DNA of 64,000 nucleotides from Sedimentisphaeraceae bacterium JB056 (lineage in GTDB: Bacteria > Planctomycetota > Phycisphaerae > Sedimentisphaerales > Sedimentisphaeraceae), in assembly GCA_044440125.1 (NCBI GenBank), contig JBITAJ010000012.1, positions 192,001-256,000 of the forward strand. Reading direction: 5' to 3'. Position 1 is the stretch's first letter; every line of letters starts with the position of its first letter. The notes beneath the pieces are model-generated. The model had not been told where the DNA came from. It did no database searches and worked only from the letters and a program-made list of their open reading frames with translations. Position numbers and translations under genes: made by a program. This document shows, in pieces, positions 26,709 to 35,309 of this stretch.

Positions 26709-28067
26709 TTATTTCTTTGCGTCGAGTTTTTTCTGGATGTATTCCACCAGCTCATCTTTCGGGGGAATTCTTGAGATGAAAGATACTTCGCCGTCTATGC
26801 AGATTGTCGGAATATTCTTTACGCCCAAGGCACCCATGATTCCAAGCCCGTCTTTGGTCTTGATCTTGTGTTCATGCCACTCTATCTTGTCGCCGAAATC
26901 AGCTTCTACGGCTTTAACCGCGTCAACCATGTACTGGCATGGTGCACAGGCCTCTGAGTCAAGAGTGATTATGTTGAGTATGACTTTGTCAGGGTTGGTG
27001 TAATCAGGCAGCTGCACATCTTCGCCGGCAGCGGCTTCAACTTCCATGTTTCTCGCTATATCTCTCTGATACTCATCCTGAACAATCTTGGTTACTGCCG
27101 CAAGGTTGGCTTGGGGAGTAGCGTAAGGAAGGTCGCAACCTGGAGCAAGTACGAAGCCCTTCTCGCCGCCAAGGTCAAGACATCTCAGTGCGTCTTTCTG
27201 TGCCTCAAGCTCTGTTCCAAGCAGTAGAACTGTAGTAAGCTGCAGATTGCCGCCAAAGCTTATACCTCTCTTGAGACATTCATCACGAACGAAATCGAGC
27301 GGTATATTTTCGTCGATAGATACGTTGTCAGGTTTACACTCACACATAGCAACGATGTTCTGCTGTGCATGACCGCAAACAAAGAACGAGCCTGCAGCTC
27401 CTTCATTTCTGATATACTCGAAAAGGTCTGTCGCTGCCGGTGAAACGAACTGCTCGAACTGAGCTGGGCCGATCTGGCTTGTCATCGGGTCAACAACAGC
27501 TACAACATCGCATCCTGCCTCTATGTAGTATTTACTCATCGCCTTGCCGACTTCGTTGCAGAAATCAATAAGTTTGAGTACATAATCAGGGTCTTCAAAC
27601 ATTTTCATGAAGATGTCTGTTCCCTGAAGGTGAAGTGCGAGAGTGAAAGGGCCGGTTATAGTAGCGTAAAGAGCTACATCAGGATTGGCCTTCCTTATAG
27701 CTTTTGCGGCGTCAAGAACCGTTTTGATTCTGCCTTCATCAGGTCCTGGAATCTTGATTTCATCGAGAGTCTTGCCGCTTACAAGCGGGTGGCCGCAGAC
27801 GGCAGGAGGGTTGTCGGCTGAGTATTTTACATCGCAGCCAAGTACTTCCGCTTCTATCTGGAGGTCGAAAGTTACCGGTATTCCATCCGGATCATACTTC
27901 TCTATGGCCAACTGTGCACCATTAGCGATGTTTTCGGCTGATTTGAAATAAGTTTCCGCATCTATACCGAGAAGTGATGCCGCATGACTTCCTACGAAAG
28001 GAACCCATGGAACTCTGTCTACTTCCTGACACTTAATTGCGTTCAATACTCTTTGCTTACCTGTCAT
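26709..28067 (-). CDS. UROD/MtaA-CmuA family protein fused to a C-terminal thioredoxin-like domain
   Basis: R.PWVP, DLQIEAEVLGC, GPFTLA, GGNL, APGCDLP; tail ITLDSEACAPCQYM...IPTICIDG. Confidence 0.85.
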   Translation of the reverse strand: MTGKQRVLNAIKCQEVDRVPWVPFVGSHAASLLGIDAETYFKSAENIANGAQLAIEKYDPDGIPVTFDLQIEAEVLGCDVKYSADNPPAVCGHPLVSGKTLDEIKIPGPDEGRIKTVLDAAKAIRKANPDVALYATITGPFTLALHLQGTDIFMKMFEDPDYVLKLIDFCNEVGKAMSKYYIEAGCDVVAVVDPMTSQIGPAQFEQFVSPAATDLFEYIRNEGAAGSFFVCGHAQQNIVAMCECKPDNVSIDENIPLDFVRDECLKRGISFGGNLQLTTVLLLGTELEAQKDALRCLDLGGEKGFVLAPGCDLPYATPQANLAAVTKIVQDEYQRDIARNMEVEAAAGEDVQLPDYTNPDKVILNIITLDSEACAPCQYMVDAVKAVEADFGDKIEWHEHKIKTKDGLGIMGALGVKNIPTICIDGEVSFISRIPPKDELVEYIQKKLDAKK

Positions 28068-28245
28068 TTTTTAACCCTTTTTTGCTTCCTGTAATAAACT
28101 AATATATTATTTCTATACTACTTAAGGTGACAAGTATACGGCGTAATCTTCCGTAATTCTTTAATGATACGACTGAAAATTAACACTATCTTGCTAAAAA
28201 AACACCTTTGGGGTAACCGCTCACGATATTTCACAAAATTTATGA

Positions 28246-28365
28246 TTTTACGTATTAGTTGCCCGCAACTATATTAAGGAGCAGGCGGGTATTAGCATCG
28301 TGGATTACATAACCAACGTGCGAATAGAAGTTGCGAAAAATCTGCTCGTATTAAATGACTATTAA
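28246..28365 (+). pseudogene. AraC-family HTH gene fragment
   Basis: Own translation: FYVLVARNYIKEQAGISIVDYITNVRIEVAKNLLVLNDY*, with no start codon and an in-frame TGA at 28243. Confidence 0.6.
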
Positions 28366-28587
28366 ACAGGGGACAGTGGGGCTGTTGAAAAAGCTCTGTT
28401 TTGCCCGCTGAACTGCATCTATTTTTTGTTTTCGTTTTTGGTATCATATCTCTGTATCTCTGCGCACTGCTCGTCTGAGACCATGCATTTGCTTGACTTC
28501 GCTGTGGGCGAAACGGGGTTATGTTTCTTTTATCTCTTTTAATAATAGGTATTTATGTTTGAGGAAACGGGTAACTGTCCCCTGTTT
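28364..28587. mobile_element. MITE-like/REP-like remnant bounded by perfect 14-bp inverted repeats
   Basis: AAACAGGGGACAGT (28364-28377) / ACTGTCCCCTGTTT (28574-28587); internal IS-end-like GGCTGTTGAAAAA and a second imperfect IR. Confidence 0.55.
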
Positions 28588-28759
28588 GGGAAGAGATTGA
28601 GAAAAAATGGTCTGCTTTGGCTGGACTCGATGGCTTGCTTTTTATTTTTCTGGTGATACAATAAGTTCAGGTGAGCCGAATTGTTTAATTTCTTTAGCGG
28701 CTTAATGGAGAAATGGTGATTTATTATATACATTTACAATTAATTAACAGGGGAGTTCT

Positions 28760-29467
28760 ATGAGCTTAACGCTTTTTGTTATTGTACTTACGGCTTCTTT
28801 CGTAATTGTAAGAATTGGTGCGATAGCATTCCAGCTTACAGGCCTTGAGTGGTCACTGGCGAAATTTCAGGCGTTATCCTGTTTCAGTGGTACCGGATTT
28901 ACTACTCGTGAGTCTGAGCTGGTGACCGGTAACCCTCAAAGACGAAAAATTGCCACGGTGCTTATGGTTTTGGGTAATGCGGGAATAGTAACTCTTATCG
29001 GTACTTTTGCCAATGCCCTCAATACTGAGAGGTCTATGTGGAAGACTGTCTCGGATAGTATTCTGCCTTTTGCAATACCAGATTTTCTTGTGCCGTGGAT
29101 AAATCTTATAACTATATTGATACCTGCGTATCTAATCTATAAGCTCTTTACTAACAGGCTTTTCCTGAGAAAGCTTACGAATTCGCTGAGAAAGAGGATT
29201 CATAGAAACTTCTTTACCTCGGTGACGATTGAAGAGCTGGTCGTTATAACCGGCGGCTATGGAGTGGCGAGAATAGAGGTAGATAATAAGAGCCAGGTGA
29301 TAAACAAGACTCTTGCTGAGTCACATTTAAGAGAAAATGATATAACCGTACTTGCTATATCCAGAGGAGAAGAGACAATCTCCAATCCTCCGGCAAGCAC
29401 AAAAATACTTGAAGGCGATGAGTTGATCTCATTCGGAAACCTCGAGAATTTACGAAATTATACCTAA
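28760..29467 (+). CDS. Membrane protein with C-terminal TrkA-C (RCK_C) domain
   Basis: TGL...AKFQALS.FSGTGFTTRESE..RRKI; C-terminal KTLAE..LR..DITVLAI.RG..NP...ILEGDELI.FG. Confidence 0.88.
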   Translation: MSLTLFVIVLTASFVIVRIGAIAFQLTGLEWSLAKFQALSCFSGTGFTTRESELVTGNPQRRKIATVLMVLGNAGIVTLIGTFANALNTERSMWKTVSDSILPFAIPDFLVPWINLITILIPAYLIYKLFTNRLFLRKLTNSLRKRIHRNFFTSVTIEELVVITGGYGVARIEVDNKSQVINKTLAESHLRENDITVLAISRGEETISNPPASTKILEGDELISFGNLENLRNYT

Positions 29468-29488
29468 GAGTTTTGCTAACAATGTTTT

Positions 29489-30079
29489 ATGGAGAAAGTT
29501 TTGACCGAATATCCCGAAATATACCAATGGATAATACTGCCGTTTCTGATTTTTCTTTCAAGAGTTGCCGATGTGTCGCTGGGTACGATACGTGTTATTT
29601 TCATATCCAGAGGAATGAAGTATCTTGCGCCGGTAATTGGATTTTTTGAGATATTTGTGTGGCTGCTTGCAATTGGGCAGGTAATGCAGAATCTTTCAAG
29701 TCCTGTTTGTTATTTAGCTTATGCATTAGGGTTTTCGGCAGGTAATTATATAGGTATAAGGATAGCGGAAAAGCTGTCTTTAGGCAAGGTATTGGTGAGG
29801 GTAGTTACTCAACGCAATGCATCGGAGCTGATGAAGGCAATGAGCGAAAGTGGATACGGAGTGACAACAGTTGATGGTCAAGGTGCTTACGGGCCTGTTA
29901 AAATAATCTTTACTATAATTCCAAGAAAGAAACAGCAGCATGTATTTCAACTGGTTCAGGATAACAATCCGAGGGCTTTCTGTACAATTGAAGAGATTGG
30001 AAATACTTATGATGGTACGTTTCCTATAAATCAGAGCAGGTTTTCGTTCAATTTTCGTCCGGCAAGAAAAAGTAAATAG
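29489..30079 (+). CDS. DUF2179 / UPF0316 membrane protein
   Basis: RVADVSLGTIR, GFFEI..W, YALGF..GNYIG, GYGVT..DG.G. Confidence 0.88.
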   Translation: MEKVLTEYPEIYQWIILPFLIFLSRVADVSLGTIRVIFISRGMKYLAPVIGFFEIFVWLLAIGQVMQNLSSPVCYLAYALGFSAGNYIGIRIAEKLSLGKVLVRVVTQRNASELMKAMSESGYGVTTVDGQGAYGPVKIIFTIIPRKKQQHVFQLVQDNNPRAFCTIEEIGNTYDGTFPINQSRFSFNFRPARKSK

Positions 30080-30211
30080 TGAAAAATGTGCCGTTTTGGG
30101 ATTCTGTATTTTATAATATTTGTTTTTCTTTTAAGAGAGGGAGACCGCTTAAAATCTTGGTTTTGCGCCTGTATGGCTTGTTTTTGGAAACAATAGTTTT
30201 TGAAACGTATA

Positions 30212-30233
30212 AAAGTTTCTTGTAAGAAACTTT
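30212..30233. promoter_or_regulatory. Palindromic candidate operator upstream of the porin-ProU operon
   Basis: aaagtttctt-gt-aagaaacttt (perfect 10-bp arms). Confidence 0.45.
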
Positions 30234-30427
30234 ACAGCAAGAAAGATTCTTGTTATAAAAGGGGGTTCATATGCAAGGTGTACTCTTGTGACCGCTTAAT
30301 TTCATCTATAGTTAATTATTTTCTCCCATAATCTGCGACAGTTATGATTTTAAGCGCTGAGTCACAATCATAATATATTTAATAGTAAGAATTTGAACAA
30401 AACCAAGACGAAAATAGAAAGGGAATC

Positions 30428-31681
30428 ATGACGAAGAAATTCTTATCAGTAGTAATTTTAATACTTGCAAGCCAGTTGAGCTTTGGTCTTGAAACTAATG
30501 GAACCGATTCTGAGTCGGCATTTGACAGTATCTCGTTTGGCACAGGTGAGCCTGATGCTTCATGGGATGAGCAGGTTGTACCAATGACAATTGGTAATTT
30601 CAAAATTGGCGGAGCTCTTCGCTGGAATTATGTATACAAGAGCTGGGATCATGAATATGAAGAAGGTGGAGAGGTTGACCTTGATACAATCAGAGTTGAC
30701 ATAAATCTCATAGATGCCAAGCCTTTTATAGGTTCATTCCAGTATCGTTATTATCGCACACCGCGTGCCGATCCTTCGCATTTTTATCACATGCTGCATC
30801 ACGGCTGGTTGGGTTATGAGTTTGACAATGAAGATACCGTAAAAGTTGGTGTCCATCAGGTGCCGTTCGGAATCCTTCCTTACGCTTCACATAACTGGTT
30901 CTTCCAGCTTCCTTACTATGTAGGTCTTGAAGATGACTATGACCTCGGTATCAAATACACTAAGAAAGATGGTGACGTAACACAGGATTTTGCTTATTAT
31001 TATGGTGATGAAGGAAGTTACTATGGTATGAGTGAGGATTCCGCGAGATATTCATACGATGTGGTATCGGATGACAGTTATGTAGATTCTGACAATACCG
31101 AAAGAAATCAGATTAACTACCGTATTGCCAAGCTTTTCAAGCATGATGATGATAATTCTACTGAATTGGGATTTTCAGCGCAATGGTCGCAGATTCATAA
31201 TTCAAAAACAAGCGATGACGGCAGTCACTATGCATTAGGTGCCCATATTGATGGTAATTATGGTGATTACAACCTTAAAGCAGAAGCCATAAGGTATGAA
31301 TATTCAATGGAAAACCCTGACGGTGTCAGAAATGATATTGTTGTAATGGGTGCATATGATTTCCCGTACAATGTTGCTGCTAAGGGTACAATGCTTGTAG
31401 CTGGTCTTAGCAAAGACATTGAAGTTGAGTGGGGAAAAATCAAGAAAATTACAGTTTACAATGATTACAGTGTATTGCTGAAAGACGAGGGTGATTTCGG
31501 AAGTTCTCAGCAGAATGTGCTTGGTATGTCGTTTGGAATTGGAAGATTCTTTACCTATATCGACCTTGCAATGGGACGTAATCAACCATGGATAGGTCCG
31601 GGCTGGACAAGCGATCTTGCAGAGGGACCAAGCGATTCATGGCATACACGCTTTAATATAAATGTTGGGTATTATTTCTAA
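30428..31681 (+). CDS. Outer-membrane porin-like beta-barrel associated with the osmoprotectant transporter
   Basis: Signal peptide, amphipathic strands, GVHQVPFG, C-terminal RFNINVGYYF. Confidence 0.8.
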   Translation: MTKKFLSVVILILASQLSFGLETNGTDSESAFDSISFGTGEPDASWDEQVVPMTIGNFKIGGALRWNYVYKSWDHEYEEGGEVDLDTIRVDINLIDAKPFIGSFQYRYYRTPRADPSHFYHMLHHGWLGYEFDNEDTVKVGVHQVPFGILPYASHNWFFQLPYYVGLEDDYDLGIKYTKKDGDVTQDFAYYYGDEGSYYGMSEDSARYSYDVVSDDSYVDSDNTERNQINYRIAKLFKHDDDNSTELGFSAQWSQIHNSKTSDDGSHYALGAHIDGNYGDYNLKAEAIRYEYSMENPDGVRNDIVVMGAYDFPYNVAAKGTMLVAGLSKDIEVEWGKIKKITVYNDYSVLLKDEGDFGSSQQNVLGMSFGIGRFFTYIDLAMGRNQPWIGPGWTSDLAEGPSDSWHTRFNINVGYYF

Positions 31682-31730
31682 TAGCTGCATTAATCCAAGG
31701 CGAGAATAAAAACACTTTAAGGAACTCTGT

Positions 31731-32927
31731 ATGGATCAGATAAAAGTAGAAAATCTGTATAAGATCTTTGGTAAAAACCCGCAGCAGGCGTATAAGCTTG
31801 TGCAGAAGGGTGTATCCAAAGATGAAATACTCAAGAAAACAGGCTGCACTATAGGTGTGAACAATGCCTCTTTTAATGTGAAAAAAGGTGAGTTCTTTGT
31901 GATAATGGGCCTATCGGGAAGTGGTAAATCTACTCTTGTGAGATGTATCAACAGACTGATAGAGCCTACAAGGGGTGATGTTGTAATCGATGACCAGAAC
32001 GTTACGAAACTAAACAGCAAGGATCTCCGTGAGCTGCGCAAAAGAAAGATATCAATGGTCTTTCAGCATTTCGGGCTTCTTCCTCATCGCAATGTTTTGG
32101 AAAATGTGGTCTTCGGTCTTGAAATTCAGGGTATAAGCAGAAGCGAGCGGTATGAAAAAGCAGAAAATGCCATACAGCTTGTAGGGCTTGACGGCTATCA
32201 GAAAAGTGCGGTATCAAACCTCAGCGGCGGTATGCAGCAGAGGGTTGGTCTGGCAAGGGCTATAGCTGCCGATACTGAATTGATATTGATGGATGAGGCC
32301 TTCAGTGCTTTGGATCCTCTGATCAGGACCAATATGCAGGATGAACTGCTTGAGCTTCAGTCAAGAATGCATAAGACGATACTTTTCATTACTCATGATC
32401 TTGACGAGGCGCTTAAGCTTGGCGACAGGATTGCTATAATGAAGGACGGTCTTATAGAGCAGATTGATACTCCTGAACAGATATTGATTTCGCCGGCTTC
32501 TCAATATATCGAGAATTTTGTTGAGAATGTCGACCGCTCAAAAATAATAACAGCCGGTACCATCATGCACAGGCCTGATGTTGTCGCGACCCACAAGGAT
32601 GGACCTAAGTCTGCCTTGAGACATATGAGACAATCCGGACTCTCGACACTTTATGTTGTTGATGCTCAGCGAGCTCTTGCCGGTTACATAAAGATTGATG
32701 ATGCTGTTGAGGCATCTAAGAATCACGTAACTTCACTTGAGCCGATATTGAACAAGGATGTGCCTACTACGTCCGCGGATACACCTCTGATAGATTTGCT
32801 CAATATTGCCAGCGAGACGACACGTCCTATTGTTGTTACTAATGATAGCGATCATATAAAAGGTATTGTTACCCGTACCGGCATTCTTGCTGCCTTAGCG
32901 GGGGAAAGTTTGGAAAATGAAAATTGA
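31731..32927 (+). CDS. proV: Glycine betaine/proline ABC transporter ATP-binding subunit with tandem CBS domains
   Basis: LYKIFG, MGLSGSGKST, LSGGMQQRVGLARA, MDEAFSALDPLIR, ITHDLDEA; CBS tail. Confidence 0.95.
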   Translation: MDQIKVENLYKIFGKNPQQAYKLVQKGVSKDEILKKTGCTIGVNNASFNVKKGEFFVIMGLSGSGKSTLVRCINRLIEPTRGDVVIDDQNVTKLNSKDLRELRKRKISMVFQHFGLLPHRNVLENVVFGLEIQGISRSERYEKAENAIQLVGLDGYQKSAVSNLSGGMQQRVGLARAIAADTELILMDEAFSALDPLIRTNMQDELLELQSRMHKTILFITHDLDEALKLGDRIAIMKDGLIEQIDTPEQILISPASQYIENFVENVDRSKIITAGTIMHRPDVVATHKDGPKSALRHMRQSGLSTLYVVDAQRALAGYIKIDDAVEASKNHVTSLEPILNKDVPTTSADTPLIDLLNIASETTRPIVVTNDSDHIKGIVTRTGILAALAGESLENEN

Positions 32928-33759
32928 TCTTCATATAGGTGAGTCATTTGAAACATTCATAAACTGGCTAACTGACAATTTTGCCGTTTTCTTTGATGCT
33001 ATAAGTGATGGAGTTAAAAACCTTATTGAGCTTCTTGAAAACGGGCTTGCTGCTCCCAGTCCTTTGGTAATGATACTGATACTTGCTGCAGTTGCCTGGT
33101 ATGCAAACGGCTGGAAAAAGTGGGGCTTCCCACTGTTCAGCATTATAGGTTTCCTCATTGTTTATTCGATGGGACTTTGGGAATATCTTATACAGACAAT
33201 GGCTCTTGTATTTGTGTCGACCTTTATTGCGCTTCTGATAGGCGTGCCGCTTGGTATCGTTTCGGGCAGAAACAAGAAGGCCAACGCCATTATAAGGCCT
33301 TGCCTCGACTTCATGCAGACTATGCCTGCTTTTGTTTATCTGATTCCTGCGGTTCTGTTTTTTCAGCTTGGTAAGGTGCCGGGGGTTATGGCGACTGTGA
33401 TATTCGCGATGCCTCCTGCTGTAAGGCTTACAAGTCTGGGGCTTCTTCAAGTACCAGATGAGGTAATGGAAGCGAGTGTCTCGTATGGTTCGACTACTGC
33501 ACAGCAATTACTGAAAGTGCAGCTTCCTGTGGCACTTCCAAGTATTCTTGCAGGAATCAACCAGACAATAATGCTGGCACTTTCAATGGTGGTGATCGCG
33601 GCAATGATCGGCGCCGGAGGTCTTGGCAATCAGGTACTCAAAGGTATAACACAGCTCAAGATTGGTCTTGGATTTGAAAGCGGAGTAGCTATCGTTATTC
33701 TGGCCATATATCTTGACAGAGTTACACAAGCAATCGGAAATAAAATAAGTAAAGTATAA
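32917..33759 (+). CDS. proW: Glycine betaine/proline ABC transporter permease
   Basis: RP.LDFMQTMPAFVYLIP, NQTIMLALSMVVIAAMIGAGGLG. Confidence 0.95.
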   Translation: MKIDLHIGESFETFINWLTDNFAVFFDAISDGVKNLIELLENGLAAPSPLVMILILAAVAWYANGWKKWGFPLFSIIGFLIVYSMGLWEYLIQTMALVFVSTFIALLIGVPLGIVSGRNKKANAIIRPCLDFMQTMPAFVYLIPAVLFFQLGKVPGVMATVIFAMPPAVRLTSLGLLQVPDEVMEASVSYGSTTAQQLLKVQLPVALPSILAGINQTIMLALSMVVIAAMIGAGGLGNQVLKGITQLKIGLGFESGVAIVILAIYLDRVTQAIGNKISKV

Positions 33760-33775
33760 AAACAAAGGAGAAATA

Positions 33776-34672
33776 ATGAAGACAACTATTTTTAAATTAG
33801 TACTAATCGCGGCAATCTTTTCATTTGTGATCAGCGGTTGTAAAAAAGCAGACAATTCACAGTCAGGTCAGCAAGCTCAGAGTGATACTAAAAAAGTCAA
33901 GCTTGCTTATGTTAACTGGTCAGAAGGTGTTGCTCTTACAGAGCTTATGGAGTATATTCTTACTGATATGGGCTATGAAGTAGAGACTACCATGGCTGAT
34001 GTTGCACCAATATACGCCGCTATTGCAGGTGGTGATCAGGACATAATGATCGAGACATGGGTTCCTGTAACACACAAGTCTTACTGGGATAAATATTCTG
34101 CCGATTTTGATGAACTTGGTACATGGTTTGACAAGGCGAAGATTGGCCTGGTTGTTCCTGAATATATGGAAATAAACAGCATAGAAGAGCTTAATTCTGT
34201 AAAGGATTCTCTTGAAGGCAAGATTACAGGTATTGATGCCGGTGCCGGAATAATGGTAGCCTCAGAAAAGGCTATTGAAGATTATTCTCTTGAATATGAA
34301 CTTATTTCATCAAGCGGACCTGCAATGACAGCTGCCCTTAAATCTGCTATTGACAAGAAAGAGCCTGTTGTTGTTACAGGTTGGGCTCCGCACTGGAAAT
34401 TTGCAAGATATGACCTCAAATTCCTGGAAGACCCCAAAGGCGTTTATGGCAGTGAAGAGCAGATAAAATTCATATGCCGTAAAGGATTCAAGGAAGATTC
34501 TCCGGAAGTAGCGACTTTATTTGCAAACATAAAGTTTGATCTTAACCAGATAGGTTCTCTTATGGATGCGGTATCTCAGGCTGACGGCAATGAAAAAGAA
34601 GCTGTAGCAAAATGGGTTACTGAAAACCAGGAACTGGTTGATGGCTGGAAAGCAGCAATCACTCAGGAATAA
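33776..34672 (+). CDS. proX: Glycine betaine ABC transporter substrate-binding lipoprotein (OpuAC/ProX)
   Basis: Lipobox ISG|C; YVNWSEG, W.PVTH, GIDAGAG, GW.PHWKF, LEDPKG. Confidence 0.92.
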   Translation: MKTTIFKLVLIAAIFSFVISGCKKADNSQSGQQAQSDTKKVKLAYVNWSEGVALTELMEYILTDMGYEVETTMADVAPIYAAIAGGDQDIMIETWVPVTHKSYWDKYSADFDELGTWFDKAKIGLVVPEYMEINSIEELNSVKDSLEGKITGIDAGAGIMVASEKAIEDYSLEYELISSSGPAMTAALKSAIDKKEPVVVTGWAPHWKFARYDLKFLEDPKGVYGSEEQIKFICRKGFKEDSPEVATLFANIKFDLNQIGSLMDAVSQADGNEKEAVAKWVTENQELVDGWKAAITQE

Positions 34673-34695
34673 TGTGCATATAATATTAGCATGTC

Positions 34696-34731
34696 AAAGG
34701 GGCAAAATCTTATTGGTTTTGCCCCTTTTTT
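34696..34731 (+). terminator. Intrinsic terminator
   Basis: aaaggggcaaaa / ttttgcccctttttt. Confidence 0.85.
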
Positions 34732-34776
34732 AATTTTCATACCCATCAATCGATTTGTTAGTGTTAGTTAAAAAAC

Positions 34777-34804
34777 TTGCATTATAGCCGAATGATGATA
34801 AAAT
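34777..34804 (+). promoter_or_regulatory. Candidate sigma70 promoter of the metal-efflux operon
   Basis: TTGCAT-16 nt-TAAAAT with TGA extension. Confidence 0.45.
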
Positions 34805-34813
34805 AGCAGGACT

Positions 34814-35218
34814 ATGTTGAGGTCGAGATTAACAATATTGTTTATAGCATTAATGTGCTTTAACTGTTTAAGCGGACTTTTTGCTGTGATATGTTATGGA
34901 TGTGATGGGCATATCGAAATAGAATATGCTCAGCATGACCAGTGCCAATGCGCAAAAGATTCTACAGACTCGAGCTCTGACACTATAAGCTCATTTGATG
35001 GGCATAGCCATTGCAAGGATTTTGCTGCTTCGGCAAGTCTCATTGCTCCTTCTCAGAAAAATATCAAGCGTCAGATACAGAGCTTACAAAACCTTGTAAT
35101 TACGATTTTGTCAAGCTGCGATGAAAATGAACACATAATTTTTCAGAAATATTATAAGCAAAGCAGTGGTATCTTCACTTTTTGCGACAGCCTTCGAACA
35201 GTCATCCTCATAGCATGA
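34814..35218 (+). CDS. Small His/Cys-rich exported protein upstream of heavy-metal RND genes (CzcI-like position)
   Basis: N-terminal hydrophobic segment; VICYGCDGHIEIE, HDQCQC, HSHCKD; ends LRTVILIA. Confidence 0.7.
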   Translation: MLRSRLTILFIALMCFNCLSGLFAVICYGCDGHIEIEYAQHDQCQCAKDSTDSSSDTISSFDGHSHCKDFAASASLIAPSQKNIKRQIQSLQNLVITILSSCDENEHIIFQKYYKQSSGIFTFCDSLRTVILIA

Positions 35219-35309
35219 TTTTTGACATTCCTTTTGATTTCTTAAATAAATAACCGTTGAATATTGTTTCTGCGGTAAATCTGTATCTTTATAAAAAGGA
35301 ATATCATCT

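Noticed and set aside
28539..28733. 64-aa minus-strand ORF
   Set aside because: Overlaps an IR and the probable promoter region of the TrkA-C gene; no motif.
30080..30427. ydaO (c-di-AMP) riboswitch upstream of the osmoprotectant transporter
   Set aside because: The conserved GCTGAATCC / GGGGNGAAT / GTCAGCTAAC-type segments are not visible.
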